This document shows, piece by piece, positions 1 through 7,943 of a stretch of DNA of 32,000 bases. The stretch covers positions 3,326,497 through 3,358,496 of the forward strand of contig NC_003902.1 of the NCBI RefSeq assembly GCF_000007145.1. Reading direction: 5' to 3'. Each line of letters begins with the position of its first letter. Positions within the stretch are counted from its first letter, which is position 1. Origin of the DNA: Xanthomonas campestris pv. campestris str. ATCC 33913 (GTDB lineage Bacteria > Pseudomonadota > Gammaproteobacteria > Xanthomonadales > Xanthomonadaceae). Made by a program: the position numbers and the translations under genes. The notes below the pieces were generated by a model. It was not told the DNA's origin and did not search any database. It saw only the letters and a list, made by a program, of their open reading frames with translations.

Positions 1-231
1 GTGGACACCACGACTCGTTCAATCTGACGATGGAGACCGCGTGCCGTCAGCGTCCACGTTAAGTGCGATGACACCGGTTGGCAATTGCGAAACGCGCGAA
101 TTGCGACACCGTCGTGCGTGCGAGGTGCCATGAGGCCGGCATGCGAACACCGGTCTGCCAGCGCTCCCCGAACATGAGCAACCACGCCCGCGCCAACGAC
201 GCGGCCGACAAACCCGACCAACTGAGCCTTC

Positions 232-1008
232 CTACAACTCCAGCAGCCGGTAATGCATGCCGCGTACCACCGCTTCCACGCGATTGCGTGCGCCCAGTTT
301 GCGGGCCGCCGAATTCAGATGCAGGTTCACGGTGGCCGTGGAGCGGTTGAGCGTGGCGGCAATGCTCTTGGCAGTCATGCCCTTGGCCGAGTACTGCAGG
401 CATTCGCGCTCGCGGCGGGTCAAGGCGATGTGGTGGCAGCGGCGCTCCTGCGGATCGAGCAGTTCCTGCGCGCGTGCCTGAAAGGCATGCGCCAGCAGCA
501 GGAACGGCGGCAGCTGGGCTTCGGCCAGGCGTGGGGCCTCGGCCTGGGTGGCATTGACTGCCGCGCTGAAGGTCGCAAACGCGCCGCCGGGCAGGTGCAG
601 TGGCACGGTGACACCGGTGCCCATATCGCTGTCGCACAGGTAGCGGGTGACTTGCCGATGCTGGTCGCCCACGTATTCCACGCCCTCGGTGCGGCCTTCG
701 GTGCGGCCTTCGGTGCGGTACGACCACACGAACGGCGTGGTGCGGCGGGTGGCGCGCTGCTGCACCGGGTCGTTCTGGTAATAGCCGTGTTCGCACCAGA
801 CGTTGTGCATGTCGTCGGGCGCATTGCGCTGCAGGAACACCGACGGGGTGATCAACGCGCCCTCCATGCTCAGCGGCACCGGCGCGTAGTCGTACACCAG
901 CGACTGGAATCCCTGCGCGCAGACATCGCGAAACACCCGGTCCAGGCAGGCATTGAGCGTCTCGCGGGCCTGGAGATCGCGGCCCAGGCTGGCCAATGTG
1001 TCAAACAT
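232..1008 (-). CDS. LuxR-family transcriptional regulator (autoinducer-binding-type N-domain plus GerE/LuxR HTH); a solo within this window
   Basis: ORF 232..1080 trimmed to the ATG at 1008 (MFDTLASLGRDLQ...). The C-terminus LTRRERECLQYSAKGMTAKSIAATLNRSTATVNLHLNSAARKLGARNRVEAV is a LuxR/GerE helix-turn-helix. The N-terminal ~170 aa shows the W..Y..DP..W pattern of AHL-type ligand domains. Stop is TAG at 232-234. Confidence 0.85.
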   Translation of the reverse strand: MFDTLASLGRDLQARETLNACLDRVFRDVCAQGFQSLVYDYAPVPLSMEGALITPSVFLQRNAPDDMHNVWCEHGYYQNDPVQQRATRRTTPFVWSYRTEGRTEGRTEGVEYVGDQHRQVTRYLCDSDMGTGVTVPLHLPGGAFATFSAAVNATQAEAPRLAEAQLPPFLLLAHAFQARAQELLDPQERRCHHIALTRRERECLQYSAKGMTAKSIAATLNRSTATVNLHLNSAARKLGARNRVEAVVRGMHYRLLEL

Positions 1009-1039
1009 GGTGCATGTCCTTCGGTGCCGGCGACTGCCA

Positions 1040-1054
1040 CTGGATGACATCCAG
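1040..1054. promoter_or_regulatory. Perfect 15-bp palindrome CTGGATG-A-CATCCAG in the luxR/permease divergent intergenic region (candidate operator)
   Basis: Read directly from the sequence: 7-bp arms around one central base, 32 nt upstream of the luxR ATG (1008). No binding protein can be assigned from sequence alone. Confidence 0.3.
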
Positions 1055-1197
1055 CATGGAAAACCTAGCATTTTTACCAATGGATGGGCTCGCCGGGCGC
1101 TTTATGTTCACAATGCCGGGCAACACCCGCCCCACGGCACTGGCCGCGCGCCAGCGCCGCCAGGCACCGCCCGGCCCTCCCCTCAGCGGATATCTGC

Positions 1198-2577
1198 ATG
1201 ACCGACACCCCAGGCCGCAGCGACGCGGCCACGCTGGAACGCTTCGGCTACGCCCAGGAACTCAAGCGGCAGCTCAGCCTGAAGGACCTGCTGATCTATG
1301 GCCTGGTGTTCATGGTGCCGACCGCGCCGTTCTCGATCTTCGGCGGGGTATTCGACATCAGCGCGGGAATGGTGCCGCTGACCTATCTGGTGGGCTTCGT
1401 GGCAATGCTGTTCACCGCACTGAGCTACCAGCAGATGTCGCAGGCGTTTCCGGTGGCCGGTTCGGTGTATGCGTATGTGGGGCGCGGCTTGAGCGGCGGC
1501 ATGGGATTTCTGGCCGGCTGGGCCATCCTGCTGGACTATCTACTGGTACCCACCCTGATCTACGTGGTCGGCGCCAACGCCATGCACAACGTGCTGCCCC
1601 AGGTGCCGCAGCCCGCGTGGATCGCCTTCTTCGTGGTGCTCAACACGGTGGTCAATCTGCGCGGCATCGAGACCACTGCGCGTGCCAACCGCTTCTTCCT
1701 GTATGCGCAGCTCATCGTGCTGGCGCTGTTCGTGGTGCTGGCGACACTGGCCATCCAGCGCGGCGTCAACGGTGCGCAGTGGACCCTGCGCCCGTTCTAC
1801 AACCCGCAGGCATTTTCGCCGCAGTTGATTTTCAGTGCACTGTCGGTGGCGGTGGTGTCGTTCCTGGGCTTCGATGCGATCTCCACGCTGTCGGAGGAAG
1901 CCCGCGGCGGCAACCGGGTGGTCGGACGCGCGACGCTGTTGGCGTTGGTGCTGGTGGCCGGCCTGTTCGTGCTGCAGACCTGGCTGGCAGCGTTGCTGCA
2001 GCCGCACTTGCAGCGCTACCCCAGCGCGCAAGCGTCCAACGATGCGTTCTTCGAGATCGGGCGGCTGATTGCCGGGCCGTGGATGCAGATTGTGATTGCG
2101 CTGACGGTGGCCATCAGTGCGGCGATTGCCAATTCGTTGGTGGCACAGGCGGCCACCTCGCGGCTACTGTTCGCAATGGCACGCGACCGCCAATTGCCCG
2201 CGTTCCTCCGCTATATCCATCCGCGCACTGGCGTGCCGCAGCGGGCGATCCTGCTGGTGGCGGCCCTGAGCATGGTGCTGGGGGAAGTGTTCGTCGGGCA
2301 GATCGCGTTGCTGTCCTCGCTATGCAATGTGGGTGCGCTTACCGCCTTCGTGCTGCTGCATGTGGCGGTGCTTTGGCACTTTCGCGCGCATGGCCGCAAG
2401 GTGCTGCACGGAGTGGTGCCAGTGATCGGCATCGTGATCCTGGCCTATGTGCTGATCAATGCCGACCTGCATGCGCAGCTGGGCGGCAGCGCCTGGATGG
2501 TGGTCGGCCTGGCCGTGCTGGCCTTCCTCAAGTTCAGCGGGCGCTCGACCGAATTCCGCGCTACTGACGCGTTGTAA
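1198..2577 (+). CDS. APC-superfamily amino acid/polyamine permease (PuuP/YeeF-like)
   Basis: ORF 1084..2577 trimmed to the ATG at 1198 (MTDTPGRSDAATLERFGYAQELKRQLSLKDLLIYGLVFMVPTAPFSIFG...). About 12 hydrophobic segments and an N-terminal signature typical of APC permeases. Divergent from luxR. Confidence 0.85.
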   Translation: MTDTPGRSDAATLERFGYAQELKRQLSLKDLLIYGLVFMVPTAPFSIFGGVFDISAGMVPLTYLVGFVAMLFTALSYQQMSQAFPVAGSVYAYVGRGLSGGMGFLAGWAILLDYLLVPTLIYVVGANAMHNVLPQVPQPAWIAFFVVLNTVVNLRGIETTARANRFFLYAQLIVLALFVVLATLAIQRGVNGAQWTLRPFYNPQAFSPQLIFSALSVAVVSFLGFDAISTLSEEARGGNRVVGRATLLALVLVAGLFVLQTWLAALLQPHLQRYPSAQASNDAFFEIGRLIAGPWMQIVIALTVAISAAIANSLVAQAATSRLLFAMARDRQLPAFLRYIHPRTGVPQRAILLVAALSMVLGEVFVGQIALLSSLCNVGALTAFVLLHVAVLWHFRAHGRKVLHGVVPVIGIVILAYVLINADLHAQLGGSAWMVVGLAVLAFLKFSGRSTEFRATDAL

Positions 2578-3076
2578 ATTCCAATGCTGCGTGCGTGCCT
2601 GCGCGTGTGCGCGTGCATGCGTACGTGCGGTGAGCGCACGTCGAAGCTACCGCGCCATCTTCGACGTTGAATGCAGCGCATGGACTGCGCCATGCGTCTC
2701 CATGCGGATGCCGCACGCAATGCGTACAGATGATGTCATGCGTGCTGCTCAGTGCTGCGCACGCCACCGCCTGCAGATGCCGCTACGCCGTCGCGCAGCA
2801 TGGCGACACTCAATGTTGCGTCGCGCAATTGCATACGTTCGCGTGCCGCGCTGCGCTCAAGCATTCAACCGAGCACCGGTAAGGACTGCCGTTTGAAGCG
2901 GCAACCATCGATACAACGCGCCAGATCGCACATTTTCGTGAAAGCCACTTCATGAAAGAGATTTTAAGCACATATTCAGCGTTGAACTTTCGCTAGTCTC
3001 GTGACGCGCCATCGATGGCGCACGCGGACCACGGCCCCCGCCGTTGCCCAGCGTTCCCTGACGAGAAGGACTATCC

Positions 3077-4475
3077 ATGAATCGCAAGAATGCGTTGTAT
3101 CTCGCGTTGTTCTCCGCACTTTCCGGCACGGCGCTGGCAGCGCCGCCGACCGAAATGGACGCCGCGCCGGTGACCACGGCGCCGCAAGCCGCCAAGTTGG
3201 GTGCCGCACAGCTGCAGTCGGCCAGTTTGCGTGGTGGCGTGCTGCCAACCCGTGTTGCGCAATTGGCGGCACCCGGCAGCAGCGAACTGGCACGCGTGCG
3301 CGAGCGTCGCATTGCGCAGGTCAAGCACGGGCTGCCGTTGCAGATCGGTTTCTCGCGCGCGGTGACGCAACCTCTGGTCAACCTGTCCAAGCTGGATTGG
3401 CAGATGACCAGCGATGGCGGCCGCGTGGCAACGCTGACGCTCAGCTCCGCGCAGGCTGCTGCATTGCGCGCCTCGCTGGTGCTGCGGGGGGGCCGGCGCA
3501 ACGCCGGGCGATCCGTCCAAGGTGACGCTGCGTTTTGCCGGCAACGATGGCCGCGTGTTCGAGCAATCCGGTACCAGCTTCAGCACCAGTGGCAGTGACA
3601 TCGGCTGGTCGCCGACGGTCAACGGCGACACCTTGCTGGTCGAGCTGTCGCTGCCGGCTGGGCAATACCCGCAGAACTTCAGCCTGTCGGTGCCGCAGTT
3701 GTCGCACCTGGACATCAGCCCCACCGCCAGCCCGCGCGACATGATGACCATTGCCATTGGCGAGAGCGATTCCTGCCAGAACGACGTCGTTTGCCGCGCC
3801 AACCCCACCGCCGGTTTCACCAGTGCGTCCAAGGCCGTGGCGCGCATGGTGTTCACCACCAGCCAGGGCTCGTTCCTGTGCACGGGCACCTTGCTCAACA
3901 ACACCAACACGCCCAAGCGCAATCTGTTCTGGACCGCCGCACACTGCATCAGCACGCAGACGGTGGCCAATTCGCTGCAGACCTATTGGTTCTACGATGC
4001 GGCCAGCTGCAACGGCAATACCGCCAGTGCGCAGGCCACCACGTTGACCGGCGGTGCGTTCCTGCGCCATGCCAACACCACGCGTGACACCGCATTGCTG
4101 GAGCTCAAGACCGCACCGCCCAGCGGCGCGTTCTACGCGGCGTGGAATAGCGCAGCCATCGGGGCCACCGGCACATCGATCATCGGCATCCATCACCCCT
4201 CTGGCGACGTGAAGAAGTACTCGCTGGGCTCGGTCACCGGGCTGAACACCTCCATCGACGGCAAGACCCCGCTGTACCGCGTGGTCTGGAACGATGGTGT
4301 AACCGAGGGCGGCTCGTCGGGCTCGGCCTTGTTCACCGTCGCCAGTGGTGGCGCCTACCAGCTGCGGGGCGGCCTGTATGGTGGGTATTCGTACTGCACC
4401 GCGCAGAGCGATCCGGATTATTACTCGCGGTTCTCGGATGTGTATTCCACCATCTCCAGCTTCCTGGGCCCGTAA
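3077..4475 (+). pseudogene. Secreted trypsin-fold (S1) serine endopeptidase, lysyl/arginyl-endopeptidase-like, split by a +1 frameshift in a G7 run
   Basis: ORF 3077..3598 (frame 2) carries a signal peptide (MNRKNALYLALFSALSGTALAAP) and a pro-region. ORF 3522..4475 (frame 0) carries the catalytic domain, with His in TAAHC and Ser in TEGGSSGS. The frames overlap at GGGGGGG (3486-3492). Removing one G gives a continuous ...ASLVLRGAGATPGDPSKVTLRFAGNDG... reading. Confidence 0.8.
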
Positions 4476-4516
4476 GGCCTGATGGAGAGTCAAGCGACTG
4501 TGTAGCAGTGCTGCGT

Positions 4517-4537
4517 GCGCGACCCTTGTGGTCGCGT
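4517..4537. terminator. Hairpin between the convergent protease and cheB-like genes (possible bidirectional terminator)
   Basis: Stem CGCGACC / GGTCGCG with a 5-nt loop. Only a weak T-tract (GTTTA) follows on the plus strand. Confidence 0.3.
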
Positions 4538-4652
4538 ACGCGTTTATCTGAAGCGTGCACCTTTGCGTGGCTCGGTGTCTTGCCAGGCGATGCATAAGTG
4601 GTTGTTAGGCATGTCGTGCAACGCGAAGCCAGCTGTTACCGCTAATGCGGGC

Positions 4653-5684
4653 TCACTCTGAGGGTTCCACCGCCGCAGCGAGCGGCGATTTGCGCAGCAA
4701 CGCCTTGCGCAAGGTGTCCGCATAACCGCGGTATTCGTCCGCGCGATGGCGGTACATCGCTGCGGTATTCGGTTGCGCACGGGTGTTGGAATCGGCCATC
4801 CGCGCCACCAAGGTGGCCCGCTCGTCGATGATGCGCAGGGCAATGCGCAGGGCCTCGTCCACCGACCCTTCGGTGGCCGACAGCAGACTCTCGCCTGTGT
4901 AGGCATGCCCGACCTGGCAGCGGAACCGCAGCACAGAACTCTCCGATATTTGCGACAGCACGCCGCCACATGCCGGGCAACTCATCGCAACCGGCGTGGC
5001 GATCCGCGCGGTGTCGTCGGTCGTGGTCAATGCACCGCGTGCGATCGCCACTTCCAGACGCAAGGCATCGGTGATCACCCGCGCCGGCCCTGCCGCTGTC
5101 TGCGCCAGTTCCGCAATCAGGCCGCCCAACTCGGCGCTGCTGCGAACGGCATCGGCAGGCACGCGCTGCAGCGCACTCAGCGGCATGTCGCTGGCCACCG
5201 CCTCGCCAGGATCCTGCACCAGTACCGTGCCGCCGCAGGCGTGAATCGCGTCAAGACCTGCGGTGCCATCGTTGAGCATCCCCGATAGCAGCACCCCCAC
5301 CGTTCTGGGCCCGAAGGCCACCGCTGCCGAGCGGAACAAGGCATCGATCGAAGGCCGCGACATGTTTTCGCGCGGGCCGGTGCCCAGCACGATTCGCCCG
5401 TCGGCCACCATCAGGTGACGGTCGGCCACCGCGACATAGAGCGTGTGCGGTTCGATGCGCATGCCATCGGCGGCCTCGACCACGGTAATGCCGTTGGCAC
5501 CGGCACTGACCGTGCGCATGATGCCGTGACCATGCGCCGACATGTGCAGCACCACCAGGATGGCGGCAGGCGTCTGCGCTGGCAGCGCACCCAACAAGCG
5601 CCGCAACGCCTCGCCGGCGCCAGCCGATCCACCGATCACGATGACATCGCGGTGCTGCTGGGGATGCAGGTCGTTGTCGACCAT
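4653..5684 (-). CDS. CheB-type protein-glutamate methylesterase domain protein lacking a receiver domain, with a C-terminal Cys-rich/helical extension
   Basis: ORF 4653..6155 trimmed to the ATG at 5684 (MVDNDLHPQQHRDVIVIGGSAGAGEALRRLL...), preceded by GGAG 6 nt upstream. The DVIVIGGSAGAG...LVVLHM...LLSGMLNDGTAGL pattern matches the CheB catalytic domain. The C-terminus has CPACGG...RFRCQVGH. Confidence 0.8.
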   Translation of the reverse strand: MVDNDLHPQQHRDVIVIGGSAGAGEALRRLLGALPAQTPAAILVVLHMSAHGHGIMRTVSAGANGITVVEAADGMRIEPHTLYVAVADRHLMVADGRIVLGTGPRENMSRPSIDALFRSAAVAFGPRTVGVLLSGMLNDGTAGLDAIHACGGTVLVQDPGEAVASDMPLSALQRVPADAVRSSAELGGLIAELAQTAAGPARVITDALRLEVAIARGALTTTDDTARIATPVAMSCPACGGVLSQISESSVLRFRCQVGHAYTGESLLSATEGSVDEALRIALRIIDERATLVARMADSNTRAQPNTAAMYRHRADEYRGYADTLRKALLRKSPLAAAVEPSE

Positions 5685-5946
5685 GGGCGACTCCAGTGAT
5701 GAGCCGGTTTCACCATCGCGTGGGCCGTGTTGGCGCAGTGCGTAGAGCCGTGTAAACGGCGACGAAAGAAGACGGTCTCTTCGCATCGGTGAAGCGGGCA
5801 GCGGGCAGCGGGCAGCGACCTCATGCAGCACAGTGCACACACTTCGCATCTGAATGCGTGATGGCACGCCTGCAGGCACCCTTCGGTATCGGCGCCGATC
5901 CGCGGCGGTGCTAGGCTCAGCGCTCCATTGCGTGGCGAGAGCCGGC

Positions 5947-6207
5947 ATGACGGACACAACAGGATGTCGAGACCTGGCGCACGCGCTTGCCGAGCTCTGG
6001 CGTTTGAGCGAGCTGCATCGTGCAAACGAAAGCGCCTTCTGGGACGGTTTTGCCGCCTTGATCAGCACGCTGGAGATCAGTGGCATGACCGCGCGCGAAG
6101 TACGCACTGCGCTGTGCAGCGAAATCATGGCATTACGCACACTAGGCACGCGCACCTATCGCCCTGGCATGCTGCGTTACGCGGTACCGGTCATCGTGCA
6201 GCGCTGA
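5947..6207 (+). CDS. Hypothetical small protein (86 aa)
   Basis: ORF 5854..6207 trimmed to the ATG at 5947 (MTDTTGCRDLAHALAELWRLSELH...). GAGAG lies upstream, and third-position GC is coding-like. I recognise no family. Confidence 0.4.
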   Translation: MTDTTGCRDLAHALAELWRLSELHRANESAFWDGFAALISTLEISGMTAREVRTALCSEIMALRTLGTRTYRPGMLRYAVPVIVQR

Positions 6208-6337
6208 AGCGCGGTGCGATTCGTCACTGAGAGGTACATGCGGCCTGTGGCGGCTGGCGAAGCAGCCATCACCCCACACCATCCCGCTTTCTTTTCCGCA
6301 TGGTTGCGCTGCCGAGACAGCGCGTCCTAACCCATCG

Positions 6338-6366
6338 GCGGCACGGGGTAGGCGCACCCGTGCCGC
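6338..6366 (-). terminator. 10-bp-stem hairpin 17 nt downstream of the KGG gene stop
   Basis: GCGGCACGGG / CCCGTGCCGC arms with a 9-nt loop. No clear U-tract follows on the minus strand. Confidence 0.35.
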
Positions 6367-6382
6367 TGCCAGCAGTGCCGAC

Positions 6383-6619
6383 TCAGCGGTTGCCGCCGCC
6401 GCTGTTCTCGCCACCCTTGCGGCCGATGTCGGCCATGTGCTCGCGGTCCTGGCTCACCGACTCACCGCCCTTGCGGCCGGCTTCCCTGGCTTCTTCGGAG
6501 TCGAACTCGTGTGCATTGCCGCTGGCGTGTGCGGCCTTGCCGCCCTTGCTCGCAATCTCGCGTTGCTTGTCTTCGTCCATCGATGCGAAACCACGGTTGC
6601 TGGTGTTTTGATCAGCCAT
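6383..6619 (-). CDS. KGG-repeat general stress protein (YciG-like)
   Basis: ORF 6383..6634 trimmed to the ATG at 6619 (MADQNTSNRGFASMDEDKQREIASKGGKAAH...RKGGES...RKGGEN). Three KGG motifs. A strong GAGGAG Shine-Dalgarno lies 7 nt upstream. Confidence 0.85.
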   Translation of the reverse strand: MADQNTSNRGFASMDEDKQREIASKGGKAAHASGNAHEFDSEEAREAGRKGGESVSQDREHMADIGRKGGENSGGGNR

Positions 6620-6872
6620 TGGTGTACTCCTCAACTGTGTGGAACACGGCAGAAATACCGTAGGCGTAGTGTTGATCCGGGCCGATTAAACCCACGTCCA
6701 GCCGATGCCACGAGCACGTAGACGAGGCTGCCGCGCACGGGCGGCACCATCGCGGCGCGCTAACGTGGTCTTGTGTTTCGGCATGGCCTGCCACGTGCGT
6801 GCAACGGCCTGCACACTCCACGTGTGTGTGCCGATCATGCACACTGTTGGCCCCGCTCAGCCAAGGACGCGT

Positions 6873-7277
6873 ATGCGCCACTCTTCCCCTTTCTCTGCCG
6901 TTGCCACGCTGGTGCTGGTCTTGGGCGCAACCGCTGCGCCGGCCATGGCCGCAGCCAAGCCCGCCAACAGCGAGGACGTCAAGGCCTATGCCCTGCAGCT
7001 GTGCCTGGATGCCAATTACCAACGCGCAGGCAAATATGCCGAAGACCAGTTGCGCGACCGCTCGTTCCTGACCACCACTTACGCGCTCGACAACGCACGG
7101 GCCGGGGCCACTGCGCGCTTGCACGAGTTCGTCGCAAAACAGACGGCCGACTTCCACCGCGCCGAGGTGCCAATGAAGGACGAGCAGCGGCTGGGGCCGT
7201 ACAACCGGATCTTTGCGCAGTGCATGGCCTTCTATCGGTCAGCGCCACTGAGCGAGTTTGTGCAACGCCTGCGTTGA
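6873..7277 (+). CDS. Secreted/periplasmic hypothetical protein (134 aa)
   Basis: ORF 6705..7277 trimmed to the ATG at 6873, with AAGGA upstream. Signal peptide MRHSSPFSAVATLVLVLGATAAPAMAAAKP. The mature part contains two Cys. No family recognised. Confidence 0.65.
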   Translation: MRHSSPFSAVATLVLVLGATAAPAMAAAKPANSEDVKAYALQLCLDANYQRAGKYAEDQLRDRSFLTTTYALDNARAGATARLHEFVAKQTADFHRAEVPMKDEQRLGPYNRIFAQCMAFYRSAPLSEFVQRLR

Positions 7278-7724
7278 GCATCCCGAGTAGACGCGACTGC
7301 GACCTTGCTGTGCAGGCGCGCGTTCCGTTGCAGTCGCTTGATCAGCTGCGTGCGGCGGGCGTCGTGCCGGCACGTCCCGTCCCGGTGCGTCGCTGCATGT
7401 CGCGGCACCGCAGTTATTCACGCACGGCGGCGATTACGCCGTGACCGGCATCGTGGTGCGCGAGGGGCCTATCGGTACCGACACCAGCGCAACGGAACTG
7501 CGGGTGCACCTACAGCTGCTGCCCCCGGCTTCACCGAAGTCCCCAGGCTCACCGAGCCCGCCCTGCTGGCGGCATCGATGCTGACCACCTTCCCGCGCTT
7601 GCAGGCAACCGTGGCGCAGGCGCAGGTGAGGCGGTCTGTCCGCTTCTCGCCCTGGTATGGCCGTGGATGGATTGAAGTACCGCCGCACCTGTACCCGGAT
7701 GCCGAGGCAAGTGCGTGTGTGTAA
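7274..7724 (+). pseudogene. Possible decayed or mis-sequenced gene read as a three-frame relay (frame 2 to 1 to 0)
   Basis: A TTG at 7274 overlaps the upstream TGA as TTGA. Protein-like, high-GC3 segments continue across frames: ...LQSLDQLRAAGVVPARPV / GASLHVAAPQLFTHGGDYAVTGIVVREGPIGTDTSATELRVHLQLLPP / GFTEVPRLTEPALLAASMLTTFPRLQATV...SPWYGRGWIEVPPHLYPDAEASACV*. Candidate junctions are the C3 runs at 7376-7383 and the C5 run at 7522-7526. No family recognised. Confidence 0.3.
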
Positions 7725-7739
7725 GAGCAGGACCGCGTC

Positions 7740-7868
7740 ATGGACGCACGCCTGGATAGCGTCCACGCCGCATGCCAGACAGCCGCTGCCCACGCCCAGA
7801 CCTGCGCCACCATCGGTGCGCGGTTGGCCGCTGAACGCGATGACCTGCAACGCTGCCTCAGCGAATAA
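7740..7868 (+). CDS. Possible small ORF (42 aa, 3 Cys), below the ORF-track size cutoff
   Basis: ATG at 7740, with AGGA 7 nt upstream. Peptide MDARLDSVHAACQTAAAHAQTCATIGARLAAERDDLQRCLSE*. GC3 is about 78% by my hand count. Confidence 0.25.
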   Translation: MDARLDSVHAACQTAAAHAQTCATIGARLAAERDDLQRCLSE

Positions 7869-7943
7869 CCGAAACAGCGACAGCGGCGCTGGCTGGCCGC
7901 TCCGCTGCGTGACGGCTTTACAGCGTAACGACCCTGCTGTCCG

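Noticed and set aside
1-231. A possible 3' end of an upstream plus-strand gene (frame-1 reading VDTTTRSI* ending at 25-27), and ORFs 59..796 and 78..350
   Set aside because: Too little sequence is available to support a partial CDS. The listed ORFs overlap or oppose the LuxR gene and are compositionally shadow-like.
1084-1197. Upstream-extended starts given by the ORF track. Examples are 1084 for the permease, 1080 for luxR, 6155 for cheB-like, 11461 for sapC, 14848 for the TBDR, 25354 for yjfI-like and 17925 for the MFS gene.
   Set aside because: The extensions are Arg/Pro/Ala-rich and lack homology-like sequence. Internal ATG codons with a Shine-Dalgarno motif coincide with family-typical N-termini or signal peptides.
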